Made by a program: the position numbers and the translations under genes. From assembly GCA_965238005.1 (NCBI GenBank), contig OZ250165.1, positions 512,001 to 576,000 of the forward strand: a stretch of 64,000 nt of DNA, given 5' to 3'. The notes beneath the pieces are model-generated. The model saw only the letters and a list, made by a program, of their open reading frames with translations. It was not told the DNA's origin and ran no database searches. Origin of the DNA: Longimicrobiales bacterium (lineage in GTDB: Bacteria > Gemmatimonadota > Gemmatimonadetes > Longimicrobiales > Gaopeijiaceae). Shown piece by piece: positions 50,655-60,870 of this stretch. The number at the start of each line of letters is the position of its first letter. The first letter of the stretch is position 1.

Positions 50655-51788
50655 ATGAACTTCCTCGAGCCTTTGGCCGCTCTCCCCACGATCTTGCGAG
50701 ACACCTGGCGACGCCTGCGCGCGTGGCGTCGCATCCGCTTCACCACTGGAGGAGCAGTCTTCACGGCGGGGGCCTTCGCCATCGGATTCGCGGCGGTCAA
50801 CACCGGAAACAACCTGCTCTATCTCCTGCTGGGAGCCATGCTTGGCTTCATCGCTCTCTCGGGTTGGCTCTCGGAGCAGGCCCTGCGGGGCCTGGAGGTG
50901 AGGAGATGGACTCCCCGGGGGGTGACGGTGGGGAAGACGGCTCGCATCACGTACCACGTGACGAATGGTAAACTCCGGCTTCCCACTCTGGCCGTCTATC
51001 TGATCGAGGAGGGCCTGCCCGGAGCCGCGTGCATCGCCCGACTCGATGCCGGTGAATCGATCACGGTCCGGTCTGAGAACCACTTCGTCCGACGAGGAAT
51101 CTACCCGCTCAAAGCACTCACCCTGTCGACCGCGTTTCCCTTCGGCCTCTTCACCAAGGAGCGTGACATCGCGCTTCCCGGGGAGCTCGTGATCTGGCCC
51201 AGGGCGGACCGCCCCGTGCCCCTTCCGGCGCCCCCCGGAGCAAGCAGCCGGCCTCGTTACTCGGACGTGAGCGGTGTGACGCTCGGGGCCCGAGGCGAAT
51301 ACCGGGGTCTCCGGGAGTACCGGCCCGGCGACGACCCGCGCGACATCCACTGGCGATCCACGGCAAGGACCGGGAAGCCGGTGGTGCGGGAGTACGATCA
51401 GGACGCCGCCGAAACGATCTGGATCTGCCTCGACACCCGAGATGAGCCGGGGCATCGGGCCGAGGGAGCGCTGGAGACCACCGCGTCACTGCTGGCTCGG
51501 GCCTTTCAAGAGGGTAGGCGGTTCGCCCTGGCCACCCCGACGGGCTACGTGGATGCCGGCACGGGGTCGGGGCAGCTCGAGCGCGTGTTGGACGTGCTCG
51601 CGAGAGTGGACTTCCAGCGATCCGGTCCCCGTCTGGCTCCTCCCACCGATCCTGCCCGCTGCGTTCTCGTGTCCATCTCCGGAGCCGGGCGCTCCTCGTA
51701 CGGAGCTTACGTGCCTCCCGGCAAGTGGTCAGACGACGCCTCGGGGCCTTCGTCCCCGGCCGCTGAGCCGGAAAGGCGTGCCGGATGA
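50655..51788 (+). CDS. DUF58 domain protein
   Basis: [36 protein letters not shown]. Confidence 0.92.
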   Translation: MNFLEPLAALPTILRDTWRRLRAWRRIRFTTGGAVFTAGAFAIGFAAVNTGNNLLYLLLGAMLGFIALSGWLSEQALRGLEVRRWTPRGVTVGKTARITYHVTNGKLRLPTLAVYLIEEGLPGAACIARLDAGESITVRSENHFVRRGIYPLKALTLSTAFPFGLFTKERDIALPGELVIWPRADRPVPLPAPPGASSRPRYSDVSGVTLGARGEYRGLREYRPGDDPRDIHWRSTARTGKPVVREYDQDAAETIWICLDTRDEPGHRAEGALETTASLLARAFQEGRRFALATPTGYVDAGTGSGQLERVLDVLARVDFQRSGPRLAPPTDPARCVLVSISGAGRSSYGAYVPPGKWSDDASGPSSPAAEPERRAG

Positions 51789-53833
51789 GGCTTCAGCTGC
51801 TCCACCGTCGTCTGGTGGTCGGCATGGGCCTCGTGGCCCTCCTCGCTTTTGCCGGTGGCGCTGGCTTCGAGCCCACCAGCGCGGTCCTCGCGGCCATCGC
51901 CCTCATCCTCGCCTTCGTATGGCAGCCCGATCATGAGCTCTCGCTCAGGCTGGAGCAGTTCTGGCTACCCCTGGCCGGGATCTTGGTCGTTCGCTCCCTC
52001 TATCACGTCTTCCTCGTCGGCGACGACGTGGTGATCCCGGTGGTGGACCTTCTCTTGCTCCTTCTCAGTGCGGAGGCCTTGAGATCGCTCGATGCACCGA
52101 ACGACGCACGCCTGTACGCGCTCACCTTCGCGCTCCTCCTGGCATCGACCGCATACCGCCCCGGGGTGCTCTTCGCCCTGGCCTTCGTGAGCTATATCAC
52201 CCTCGCAACCGTGGCCCTCATGGTCGGGCACCTGCATCGACAGGCCGACGCGAGGGGAGGGCGTGAGCTCGTGCTGGAGCGGAAGTTCTTGATGGGCATG
52301 GCGGGCCTTTCCGGGGTCACGCTCATGATGAGCGGGGTCGTCTTCGTCGCGTTTCCCAGGTTCTCGCGGGGCTGGGCGTCCCGTGGTGACGTTCTGGCCA
52401 CCTCCATCGCCGGCTTCGCCGACCAGGTCTCCCTCGGAAGCCACGGCTCCCGGATCTACCCCAACCCCGCCATCGTCTTGCGGGTGGAATTTCCGGACGG
52501 TCGGCCTGCCAACGTGGGAGGGCTCCACTGGAGAGGGCGCTCCTACGACCGCTTCGACGGTGTCCGCTGGAGTCGCACCGCGTCACTGCCTCCATCAATC
52601 GGCATGGAGCGCTGGTACGAGGCGTGGAGCCCGGACCGGGTCCGCCAGAAGATCTATGCAGCTCCGCTGGACGTTCGTGTCCTTTTCGCTCTCCATCCCC
52701 TCCTGGGAGTGCGCTCCGACAATCCGCGCATCCAGCCACTCTTCGACAACGCCGGGGACCATATCTACTGGGGCTCAGGGAGCCCCTCGTACGAGGCGGT
52801 CTCGGTGGACGGACGGCCCGAGGCCGAGGCCTTGCGCGCCGCCAGATCGGGGTTCGCCCCTGCTCGGACCCACTTCACTCAGCTGCCCCACGTCTCGCAT
52901 CGGACCCGAGACCTGGCGCGTTCCCTGACACAGGGGCTCGACAACAACTACGACCGTGCCGTCGCGATAGAGGAGTTCTTCCACAACGAGTTCGGATACA
53001 CCCTCGACCTGCCCCCCTCGGCACGGCAGGCCACGCTCGAGTACTTCCTCTTCGATCGGCGGGAGGGCCACTGTGAGTACTTCTCGACGGCTATGGTCGT
53101 CTTGTTGCGCACCCTGGGGATCCACGCCCGAGAGGTAAACGGCTTCCTCGGTGGTCGGTGGAACGACTTCGGGCAGTACCTGGCCGTGACCCAGAACGAG
53201 GCTCACTCATGGGTGGAGGTGTGGTTTCCCGGATACGGATGGGCTCCCTTCGACCCCACGCCCGCCGGCGCGGGGTCGTCGGACGCGCTGACCTCTTGGC
53301 TCTGGCCGGGCCGGTTCCTCTTGGACGGGCTCCAGCACCGTTGGAACAAGTGGATCCTCGACTACGACCAGGAGTCCCAGTCGGGCCTGCTCCGCCGCGT
53401 CTCCGAGCTCTTCCGCCGGGATGAGCCTGGCGGCCAGGCCATCGACGGCCGCCCCTCGAGAGACCCCGCAGCCATATTCTGGGGGATCCTCATGGCTCTC
53501 GCCCTCGCGTTCGGCGTCTACTGGATGCACCGGAGTTCGTCCGATGCCGGACCGGAGACGCGCCTCTACCTCAAGTTGCGCGACAGCTGCCAGAGAGCAG
53601 GGCTCGTTTCGGGCGACGGTTTGGCACCTCTCACACTGGTCGACGAGCTCGCTCGTCGGAGGCACCCCGCGTATCGACCGGCTCACAGCCTCGTTACCAC
53701 CTATCTCCGGTCCCGGTTCGGTGGCCAGACACTGCACGGTTCCGACCAGGAGGAGATGAGGACCGCATTGACCGCCGTGCGTCGGGCCCTTCGGAGTGAA
53801 TCGGTGCTGACGCCTCCCTCTGCCGTCTCGTAG
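51785..53833 (+). CDS. DUF3488 + transglutaminase-like membrane protein (TgpA-like)
   Basis: N-terminal TMs; Cys-His-Asp triad motifs GHCEYFS, AHSWVEV, FDPTP. Confidence 0.9.
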   Translation: MRLQLLHRRLVVGMGLVALLAFAGGAGFEPTSAVLAAIALILAFVWQPDHELSLRLEQFWLPLAGILVVRSLYHVFLVGDDVVIPVVDLLLLLLSAEALRSLDAPNDARLYALTFALLLASTAYRPGVLFALAFVSYITLATVALMVGHLHRQADARGGRELVLERKFLMGMAGLSGVTLMMSGVVFVAFPRFSRGWASRGDVLATSIAGFADQVSLGSHGSRIYPNPAIVLRVEFPDGRPANVGGLHWRGRSYDRFDGVRWSRTASLPPSIGMERWYEAWSPDRVRQKIYAAPLDVRVLFALHPLLGVRSDNPRIQPLFDNAGDHIYWGSGSPSYEAVSVDGRPEAEALRAARSGFAPARTHFTQLPHVSHRTRDLARSLTQGLDNNYDRAVAIEEFFHNEFGYTLDLPPSARQATLEYFLFDRREGHCEYFSTAMVVLLRTLGIHAREVNGFLGGRWNDFGQYLAVTQNEAHSWVEVWFPGYGWAPFDPTPAGAGSSDALTSWLWPGRFLLDGLQHRWNKWILDYDQESQSGLLRRVSELFRRDEPGGQAIDGRPSRDPAAIFWGILMALALAFGVYWMHRSSSDAGPETRLYLKLRDSCQRAGLVSGDGLAPLTLVDELARRRHPAYRPAHSLVTTYLRSRFGGQTLHGSDQEEMRTALTAVRRALRSESVLTPPSAVS

Positions 53834-53866
53834 CGAAGCGGTAGGGGTGATGCTAATTTTCGTATC

Positions 53867-54172
53867 ATGACGACCCCGACCGACGCTCCGAGGCCACCAC
53901 CCCCTTCCAACGGACAGCACCTGGCGACCATCAGCCACGATGGCCGTTTCTGGGAGGTCTACCTGGAGTTCAGCGACGACCCACGACGGCCCTCGAGCTA
54001 CCGCGGCCTTCTGTGTTTTTCGCTGGCCGACAACGAGGGCGAGGAAGCCGCCCGGTGCACGACCACGATCATCATCGAGGACTCGTTCGAAGAGGCGGTC
54101 CGAAAGGCCCGGGCGTTCGAGGACCATCAGCTTCAGGGGCTCCTACGGTCCCTGCTCCCCGAGGAGGAGTGA
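53867..54172 (+). CDS. Hypothetical protein
   Basis: 101 aa ORF in line with its neighbours, normal composition. Confidence 0.7.
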   Translation: MTTPTDAPRPPPPSNGQHLATISHDGRFWEVYLEFSDDPRRPSSYRGLLCFSLADNEGEEAARCTTTIIIEDSFEEAVRKARAFEDHQLQGLLRSLLPEEE

Positions 54173-54348
54173 ACCGGCCGGAGGCATAGGACGCATAGGC
54201 CATAGATGCGGCTTTCGGCCGGTTTCCTCCCCCCCACGGGCGGGTGGCTACGCTTTTCACCGCTCCTCGGCCGATTGGGAAGAGCGGTTGCCGCCACCCC
54301 CAAACTCTATAGATTTTGCCTGCTATCGACTGACCATGAGGAGGCCGG

Positions 54349-54540
54349 ATGGCCATCTATCGTACGCTCTTATACGCGGACATGACCATCGGAGTCGGGG
54401 GACGGATCACGATCCCTCAGGATCTCCGGGACACCCTGAGACTGGCCGCGGGAGACGCCTTGACCGTTCGAGTGGAAGAGACGTCGGACGGCCAACGGCA
54501 GATGGTGATCTGGCGCACAGAAGAGCAGCCCGAAGAGTAG
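54349..54540 (+). CDS. AbrB/MazE/SpoVT family DNA-binding protein
   Basis: GRITIPQDLRDTLRLAAGDAL; RBS GAGGAGG. Confidence 0.85.
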   Translation: MAIYRTLLYADMTIGVGGRITIPQDLRDTLRLAAGDALTVRVEETSDGQRQMVIWRTEEQPEE

Positions 54541-54574
54541 CAGGCTTCGACCCCCTCTTTCCCCTCCGGAGTCC

Positions 54575-55090
54575 ATGTCGGTCCGCATCATTGTCGAGCA
54601 GGGCGACATCTCCGCGTTCGACGGTGACGCCGTCGTAAATGCGGCCAACAACCACCTCGTGCTGGGCGCTGGCGTCGCCGGCGCCATCCGCCGCCGTGGC
54701 GGCCCCTCCATTCAAGCCGAATGCGATCGCTACGTCCAGGAGCACGGCCCTATTGACGTGGGTGACGCCGTCCTCACCGGGTGCGGCGATCTGCCCGCCT
54801 CTCACGTGGTTCACGCAGCCGCCATGGGGGACGAAGCCGCGTCCGCCCACACGATCCGGTCGGCTACGCGCCGCTCCATGGAGCTGGCCGACGAGCGTGG
54901 AATCCGGAGCATTGCGTTCCCCATCCTCGGCACCGGAGTCGCGGGCTTCGACTTCGGCGAGGCAGCCGGGATCATGGTGGACGAGATCCGTCGTGCCGCC
55001 GAAGGGCGCCGTCACCCCGAGACCGTGGTGCTCTTCGGATATCTGGACCAGCAGGCCGACATCCTGAGGAGGTTGCTGGAGGCGAGGTGA
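54575..55090 (+). CDS. Macro domain (ADP-ribose binding/hydrolase) protein
   Basis: GDI, DAVVNAAN, GAGVAGAI, AFPILGTGVAGF. Confidence 0.92.
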   Translation: MSVRIIVEQGDISAFDGDAVVNAANNHLVLGAGVAGAIRRRGGPSIQAECDRYVQEHGPIDVGDAVLTGCGDLPASHVVHAAAMGDEAASAHTIRSATRRSMELADERGIRSIAFPILGTGVAGFDFGEAAGIMVDEIRRAAEGRRHPETVVLFGYLDQQADILRRLLEAR

Positions 55091-55096
55091 GAGAGA

Positions 55097-56497
55097 TCAC
55101 TCGTCTTCGAGGTCGATCCACCTGATCAGCCCATCGAAGACCGACGCCCCATCGTGATGCCACCAGGGCGGAGGCCAGGGCGCACCCTCGAACGAGGTGA
55201 CGCGGGTCACACCGACGCGGCCGAGGGCCGTCGCGAAAGCCCCTCGCCGAGCTCCGGCCCCTGCGATGGCAACGGTCTGGAGGTGACGCCGGAGGTCGTA
55301 GAGTAGCTCGGGGACGTCGGCCAAGTCCGAGACCGGCTTCACATAGACAACCCGATTCTGACATGAGAGGGTGAAGGTGGGGCTCTCCTGGTAGATCACG
55401 GTCCAGGATCCCCGGTCCCCATGGTACACACGCACGCCGCTCCCCGATGCCTCTTCGAGCTCGGCCGCCCCACGTAGCTGGTGAAGCGACGATGCCTCGT
55501 CCGGAGTCAGACGCCCACCGGGAAGCTCCAGCTCGGCCTTGGCCATCGCCTCGGCGAGGGTTCCCGCCCAAGCGCCGGGGTCCGTGGCTCCTCCACACTC
55601 CACGTACAGGACGTGAGGCGACACGCATCCTCGCTGGTCGAACATCGACACTGCGGCGGCCGCATCCGCGGCCACGCGTGAGGCTCCGTCGGAGCTCAGC
55701 GCGTCTCGTCCCACGACCCCCACGCTCACGCGGTGGTGGTACGGCACGAAGCGGGACGTGACCGGCGTGCGAGCCCTCAGCGCCGCCACCGACTCGCTGC
55801 TCCCGTAGGCCACGACCACTTCGGCACTCTCCAGCGCCAACTCCTCTGCCGGGCTGTCCCCTCCCGGCCAATATACCACGGCCACTCCACGAGCCAGCTC
55901 TGGGTCCTCCTCCGCCAGAACCCGAGCGAAGAGAACCGGGAGGGCGACGTCTCCCTTGCTGGGCTTCAAGAGGACCGCCGATTTGACCAGGAGCGCACGG
56001 ATCATCGAAGAGACGCTCACCCCGGGGACGGTTCCGGCACCCACATGAAAGCTGAGGGCGGGTCCGATGGCGTGAACCGTCCGCCCCGAGTCGAACCGTT
56101 GAAAGCCGTCGAGGGCCTCGGGAGCCCCCAACTCTCGCACCAACAGCTCCGTCAAGCGGTCGCCCGTCCAATCCCGAGCCATGCCGGTCAGCACCACTGC
56201 GGCCATCTCCGCCGAGATGCCCGCAGTGGGGACGAGCCACTCCAGGGCCTCGAGGCGCACCGGGTCTTCCGGATCAAGAAATCGCTCAGCGGCCCGGCCG
56301 ATGCTTTGGGCCAGCTCGCGCACGGGTCGGTCCCTCAGCGCTCTCCCGGCGTCCCGGAGCGCCTCGAGCAGCCGGTTCCACTCGGACGGTTCGAGCGTTG
56401 GATACCGGACCTCGATCCCCGGATCCACTTCGATTTTCTCCCACGTGACGCCGGGGGCGAATCCCACCGGGAAGCAGGATGCGTCGAGGGTTGCCAT
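55097..56497 (-). CDS. LuxC-like acyl-CoA reductase
   Basis: HVGAGTVP, VVAYGS, FDQRGCVSP (catalytic Cys), WHHDG. Confidence 0.85.
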   Translation of the reverse strand: MATLDASCFPVGFAPGVTWEKIEVDPGIEVRYPTLEPSEWNRLLEALRDAGRALRDRPVRELAQSIGRAAERFLDPEDPVRLEALEWLVPTAGISAEMAAVVLTGMARDWTGDRLTELLVRELGAPEALDGFQRFDSGRTVHAIGPALSFHVGAGTVPGVSVSSMIRALLVKSAVLLKPSKGDVALPVLFARVLAEEDPELARGVAVVYWPGGDSPAEELALESAEVVVAYGSSESVAALRARTPVTSRFVPYHHRVSVGVVGRDALSSDGASRVAADAAAAVSMFDQRGCVSPHVLYVECGGATDPGAWAGTLAEAMAKAELELPGGRLTPDEASSLHQLRGAAELEEASGSGVRVYHGDRGSWTVIYQESPTFTLSCQNRVVYVKPVSDLADVPELLYDLRRHLQTVAIAGAGARRGAFATALGRVGVTRVTSFEGAPWPPPWWHHDGASVFDGLIRWIDLEDE

Positions 56498-56499
56498 GC

Positions 56500-57615
56500 C
56501 TACCGTAATCCAGAGAGAAGCTCGTCCATGGCCAAGGAGCAGCCCCGGGGCTCGGCGCCCTCCGCGCGGCCAACGACGCGGAGGCCTCCCTCCGCGTCGA
56601 CGGAGCCCACGTCCTCAGTCAGGACGGCCATGACGGACCCGGCGTTGGCCAGATCGTAGTGGCACAGCAGTCCCTCTTCGCCGGGAGCGAGGGACTCGAG
56701 GGTGGTCGGGTCCAGCACGCGAGTGCGCATCCAGGGCGGCGCAACATGCCGCCGACCTTCGAGGGACTCCGGCGGAGCAGACAACGCGGGCTCGTAGAAC
56801 TGTGAGAGCAGCTCCGTCATCCCGTATTCGTTCACAATGCGGTGCATCGGCACACCGTGGGCCGTCGAGAGCGCCTCATAGAGCTCGGGCCTCGACAGGG
56901 TGCGTGAACACCCCTTGAAGCCACCCGTTTCGAGTACGCAGGAGCCCGGAGGAAGCTCGAACCGATGCTCTGCATGGGCCAAGGCATCGAGCCAGTGAAC
57001 GAAGGCGAACGCAGTCCCGGCCAGCAGCACGGGCTGCTCCTCCGCCGTGGCCTCGGTGAGTGCCCGGCGCAGCCCTTCCACGTCCAGCCCCTCCTCCGGC
57101 CGCATGAAGAAGCCGCCGTCTCCGACCGAGAGCACCTCCAGAGCCTCTCCCAGCATGAAGCTCAAGGAGGAGTCCGGCGCTCTTTCCGGTGACGGCACCA
57201 ACGCGAGAAGGCGCAGTCTCACGCCGTCCGGGTACAGATGAGCCTCGAGATTCGGGATGAGTGAAGCCCTGTAGAGCCCCAAGTCCAGGACGTGGTGCTC
57301 TCCGCGGTCCTGGGGGCCATGTGTGGTTCCGCTGGTCCGAAAGACGCGTTGAACGCGCGAGGGATCGCCGGAGATCAGCGGAACGACTTTGAACGCCGAT
57401 GTAGGAACCGGCGGAATCGTCTCCCAGTCCCCCAAGGTGGACGGAGTGACCCCTCTCTTCCGGCAGTAGCTCGAGTAGATGGGGTTCGTTCCGAGCTGGT
57501 GCTCGAGGACCCTGCGGGCGAACTCGCCGAAGGACTGATCCGTCCAGGGCTCGAGAACCCCGCCCTGAAAGGCCGCCTTCAGGTCATCCGACAGCCTCTC
57601 GAAGCCGTCGCCCAC
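56500..57615 (-). CDS. LuxE-like acyl-protein synthetase
   Basis: FRTSGTT, ETGGFKG, EYGMTELLSQ, TEDVG, PRGCS. Confidence 0.87.
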   Translation of the reverse strand: MGDGFERLSDDLKAAFQGGVLEPWTDQSFGEFARRVLEHQLGTNPIYSSYCRKRGVTPSTLGDWETIPPVPTSAFKVVPLISGDPSRVQRVFRTSGTTHGPQDRGEHHVLDLGLYRASLIPNLEAHLYPDGVRLRLLALVPSPERAPDSSLSFMLGEALEVLSVGDGGFFMRPEEGLDVEGLRRALTEATAEEQPVLLAGTAFAFVHWLDALAHAEHRFELPPGSCVLETGGFKGCSRTLSRPELYEALSTAHGVPMHRIVNEYGMTELLSQFYEPALSAPPESLEGRRHVAPPWMRTRVLDPTTLESLAPGEEGLLCHYDLANAGSVMAVLTEDVGSVDAEGGLRVVGRAEGAEPRGCSLAMDELLSGLR

Positions 57616-57638
57616 GGCTAGCCGGTCCTGGTCATGGG

Positions 57639-59384
57639 CTACCCGGTCGCCCCCCTACCGCGGATCGCACGCCCCGCCTGAATCCCGGTCTGCTCACCCT
57701 CCCTCAGGGTCACCTGTCCGTTCACGACCACGAGCGGAATGCCGACAGGATACTGGTGAGGTGCCTCGAAGGTGGCACCGTCGGTGACCGTCGTGGGGTC
57801 GAACGCCACGAGATCGGCATAGGCGCCGGTCCGGATGATGCCCCGGTCCTCGAGGCCGAGCTTGGCGGCGGGCAGCGCTGTGACCTTGTGCACGGCGAGC
57901 TCCAGCGAGAGAGCCCCCTCGTCTCGCACATAGTGCCCCATGAGACGGGGGAAGGAGCCGTAGGCCCGGGGGTGGGGTGAGCCGCCCGACAGGGCCCCGT
58001 AGGGGGCGTAGCTGCCGCCGTCGGAGCACACCATGCCGAGGGGATGGGCCAGAATCTTCGTGGTGTTCTCCTCCGACATCCCGAAGCCGATCATGCCCAC
58101 TTCGTTGTCCTCCTCGATGATGAGGCGAACGGCCAGAGCGAACGGCTCCTCAGAGCGCTCCTGCGCCAGCTCGCCCAGGCGCCGCCCCCGGGCGTAGGCG
58201 TTCGCCGCGGTGCGCGTCGAGGTGATCTGGACGGCGTCCCAGGAACCCAGGAGCGCGACCTTGTCACGGGCAAAGCGCTCGATGGCGGGGAGCTCGCCCG
58301 GATCGCGGAGGCGCCGCAGGAAGGCGGCGCTGCCCCCGGACCGCGCCCAGTTCGGGAAGAGGTTGGAGAGCCCAGTGCTGTACGCCACGTAGGGATAGCG
58401 GTCGAAGTGCACGTCGACGCCGGCCTCTCGGGCCTCCTCGATGACTCGCAGAGCAGCCTCGGCCTTCCAGTAGTTCCGCCGGCCCTGAGCCTTCAGGTGG
58501 GAGATCTGAACGGGCACCCCCGCCACCAGACCCACGTGGATCGCCTCTTCTATGGCCGCGAACAAGCGGTCGTCCTCGTTCCGCATGTGCGACGTGTACG
58601 GGTAGCCGGTCCCCTCCAGGGCTCGGGCCAGCTCGACGAGCTCCGAGGTGGCGGCGAACGAGCCCGGTGTGTACTCGAGTCCCGAGGAGAGGCCCACGGC
58701 TCCCTGTTCGAGAGCCGCCCGCACGAGCCCTCTCATGCGGTTCAGCTCGGCTTCGGTGGCCGGCCGGTGCTCCGAGCCCACCACCAACCCTCGAACGGTG
58801 CCGTGCCCCACCATGGTGGCCAGGTTCACGGTCGCCGGGGTCCGGTCGAGGCGATCCAGAAAGCCCCCGAGATCCCGGAAGTCGATTTCGACGCCGTAGC
58901 TCTCCCGGTACCGCGCCTTCGTGGCCTGGAACCCGGCCTCGGACCACGGGCCCACCGAGCTTCCGTCCTGGCCCACGACCTCGAGGGTGATTCCCTGGCG
59001 GATCCGGCTCTCGGCCTTCGGATTGACCAGGAGGGCGAGGTCGGCGTGGGAGTGGATGTCGATGAAGCCCGGCGCCAGGGCCATGCCTGCCAGATCGATC
59101 TCTTCGGCTCCGGCTTCGGCGATCCGTCCGACGGCCGTGATGCGGTCCGCGGTGACCGCTACGTCTGCCTCGACTCCCGGACCACCGGTCCCGTCGTACA
59201 CCGTGGCGCGGCGGAGGACCAGGTCCGGAGGGCTGCCACCGGGACCCGCGGGGACGGCTCCCAGGTCGTCACGCCTCACATTGGTCGTTCCCAGCGCCCC
59301 GACTGCACCCAGTGCCTCGACGGCCCCGAGAGTACCGGCCGCGCCCAACGCGCCGCCCACCCGCAGAAACGCCCGGCGCCTCAT
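57639..59384 (-). CDS. N-acyl-D-amino-acid deacylase family amidohydrolase with Tat signal
   Basis: MRRRAFL, APGFIDIHSHAD, SHMRNE, SHLK, HPRAYGSFPR. Confidence 0.9.
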   Translation of the reverse strand: MRRRAFLRVGGALGAAGTLGAVEALGAVGALGTTNVRRDDLGAVPAGPGGSPPDLVLRRATVYDGTGGPGVEADVAVTADRITAVGRIAEAGAEEIDLAGMALAPGFIDIHSHADLALLVNPKAESRIRQGITLEVVGQDGSSVGPWSEAGFQATKARYRESYGVEIDFRDLGGFLDRLDRTPATVNLATMVGHGTVRGLVVGSEHRPATEAELNRMRGLVRAALEQGAVGLSSGLEYTPGSFAATSELVELARALEGTGYPYTSHMRNEDDRLFAAIEEAIHVGLVAGVPVQISHLKAQGRRNYWKAEAALRVIEEAREAGVDVHFDRYPYVAYSTGLSNLFPNWARSGGSAAFLRRLRDPGELPAIERFARDKVALLGSWDAVQITSTRTAANAYARGRRLGELAQERSEEPFALAVRLIIEEDNEVGMIGFGMSEENTTKILAHPLGMVCSDGGSYAPYGALSGGSPHPRAYGSFPRLMGHYVRDEGALSLELAVHKVTALPAAKLGLEDRGIIRTGAYADLVAFDPTTVTDGATFEAPHQYPVGIPLVVVNGQVTLREGEQTGIQAGRAIRGRGATG

Positions 59385-59647
59385 GACATCGACCCTCGAC
59401 GGACACGGCCGGGCTCCAAGCCGCCGAACGACAGGATCTTCTCCTGCAGGCGTGCGGCCTCGCGGTCAAGGAAGTCCTCGATTTCCATCAGGTTGTTCAT
59501 CGCATCCTCATATTCGGTCTCCGGAAAGTCCTCTCCCTCGGCGTGGGAGAGAGCTCCCCGAAGGGCCTCCACTTCGCGTCGACTCTTCTCCACTGCACGA
59601 CGCAGTCGATTCAGCGCCTTGCGGGCCTGGCTCTCGGGTGTGCTCAT
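59381..59647 (-). CDS. Hypothetical coiled-coil protein
   Basis: 88 aa from ATG 59647 (MSTPESQARKALNRL); stop overlaps the next start (ATGA). Confidence 0.7.
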   Translation of the reverse strand: MSTPESQARKALNRLRRAVEKSRREVEALRGALSHAEGEDFPETEYEDAMNNLMEIEDFLDREAARLQEKILSFGGLEPGRVRRGSMS

Positions 59648-59811
59648 CTGAGGGAGGGAACCAAATTTCGGGACCGGATTAGGTGCATGGGCTGACGTGC
59701 GTGGGGCACTCGAACAAAGGGCGTATGGTGAAAATGCCCGCTCGGCGCCCTTGGGAACAGAGGCCGGCCTCGGTAGGTTGGACGCTCCCAACCAACATCG
59801 CGTGAGAGGAA

Positions 59812-60795
59812 ATGAGCGAGCATATAGACCTGGTCGTGGTAGGCGCCGGGCCCTGCGGCATCGCCGTCGGAGCAGCAGCAGCCACTGGCGGCCTCGAGGC
59901 CACACTCTACGAAAAGGGGTGCGTCACCAGCTCGCTGGTGGATTACCCCTACTACATGACGTTCTTCAGCACGGCGGAGAAGCTGGAGATCGCCGGCGTG
60001 CCCTTCACCATCGCCGAGATGAAGCCGACGCGACGGGAGGCGTTGGTCTACTACCGCCGTGTCGTGAAGTATTGCGATCTGGACGTTCGCCAGTACGAGG
60101 AGGTCACCTCCATCGAGGGCACCCGAGGCGACTTCACGGTGAGCACCTGCTCGCGTGCAGGCGTCGAGAGCTCGATCCGCGCCCGGGCCGTCGTCGTCGC
60201 CACAGGGGGATTCGACGAGCCCAACTACCTGGGCGTGCCCGGTGAGGACCTCCCCAAGGTCAAGCACTACTACCAGGAGCCCTACCCGTTCTACGACCAG
60301 GACGTCTTGGTGGTGGGGGCAGGCAACTCATCGGTCGAGTCGGCCCTGGAGACGTACCGCGCCGGCGCGAGGGTCACGATCGTCCACTTTCTCGACCAGA
60401 TCGACCGCGGCGTGAAGCCCTGGATCACGCCCGACATCCAGAACCGCTTGAAGAACGGTGAGATCACGGTCTACTGGGAGCACCGGGTCGCGGAGATCCG
60501 CCCCGCCTCGGTGGTGATGCGCAAGGAGGGCTCCGGTGAGACCGTGGAGATCCCCAACGATTGGGTGCTCGCCATGACAGGCTGGCGTCCGAATCGGGAG
60601 TTCCTGGCCGCCCTAGGTGTGACCATCGACGGGGAGACGGGCATTCCGACCCATGATCCCGAGACGATGGAGACCGACGTTCCCGGGATCTACGTGGCCG
60701 GAGTCCTGGCCGCCGGCTACAACGCCAACAAGATCTTCATTGAGAACGGGAAGCTGCACGGGCCCAAGATCGTTCAGTCGCTCACTGAATCCTGA
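59812..60795 (+). CDS. ypdA: YpdA family putative bacillithiol disulfide reductase
   Basis: VGAGPCG, FFSTAEKLEI, KPTRREALVYY, IFIENG; no CxxC. Confidence 0.88.
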   Translation: MSEHIDLVVVGAGPCGIAVGAAAATGGLEATLYEKGCVTSSLVDYPYYMTFFSTAEKLEIAGVPFTIAEMKPTRREALVYYRRVVKYCDLDVRQYEEVTSIEGTRGDFTVSTCSRAGVESSIRARAVVVATGGFDEPNYLGVPGEDLPKVKHYYQEPYPFYDQDVLVVGAGNSSVESALETYRAGARVTIVHFLDQIDRGVKPWITPDIQNRLKNGEITVYWEHRVAEIRPASVVMRKEGSGETVEIPNDWVLAMTGWRPNREFLAALGVTIDGETGIPTHDPETMETDVPGIYVAGVLAAGYNANKIFIENGKLHGPKIVQSLTES

Positions 60796-60870
60796 CGAGG
60801 CATCTCGACCCCGCTCGGGGCAGTCCAGTCACCTCACCCTCCCGCTCACCATGTCCTCGCTCCGGGGAGC

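Noticed and set aside
55097..57615. Bioluminescence operon
   Set aside because: luxA, luxB and luxD are absent from the window.
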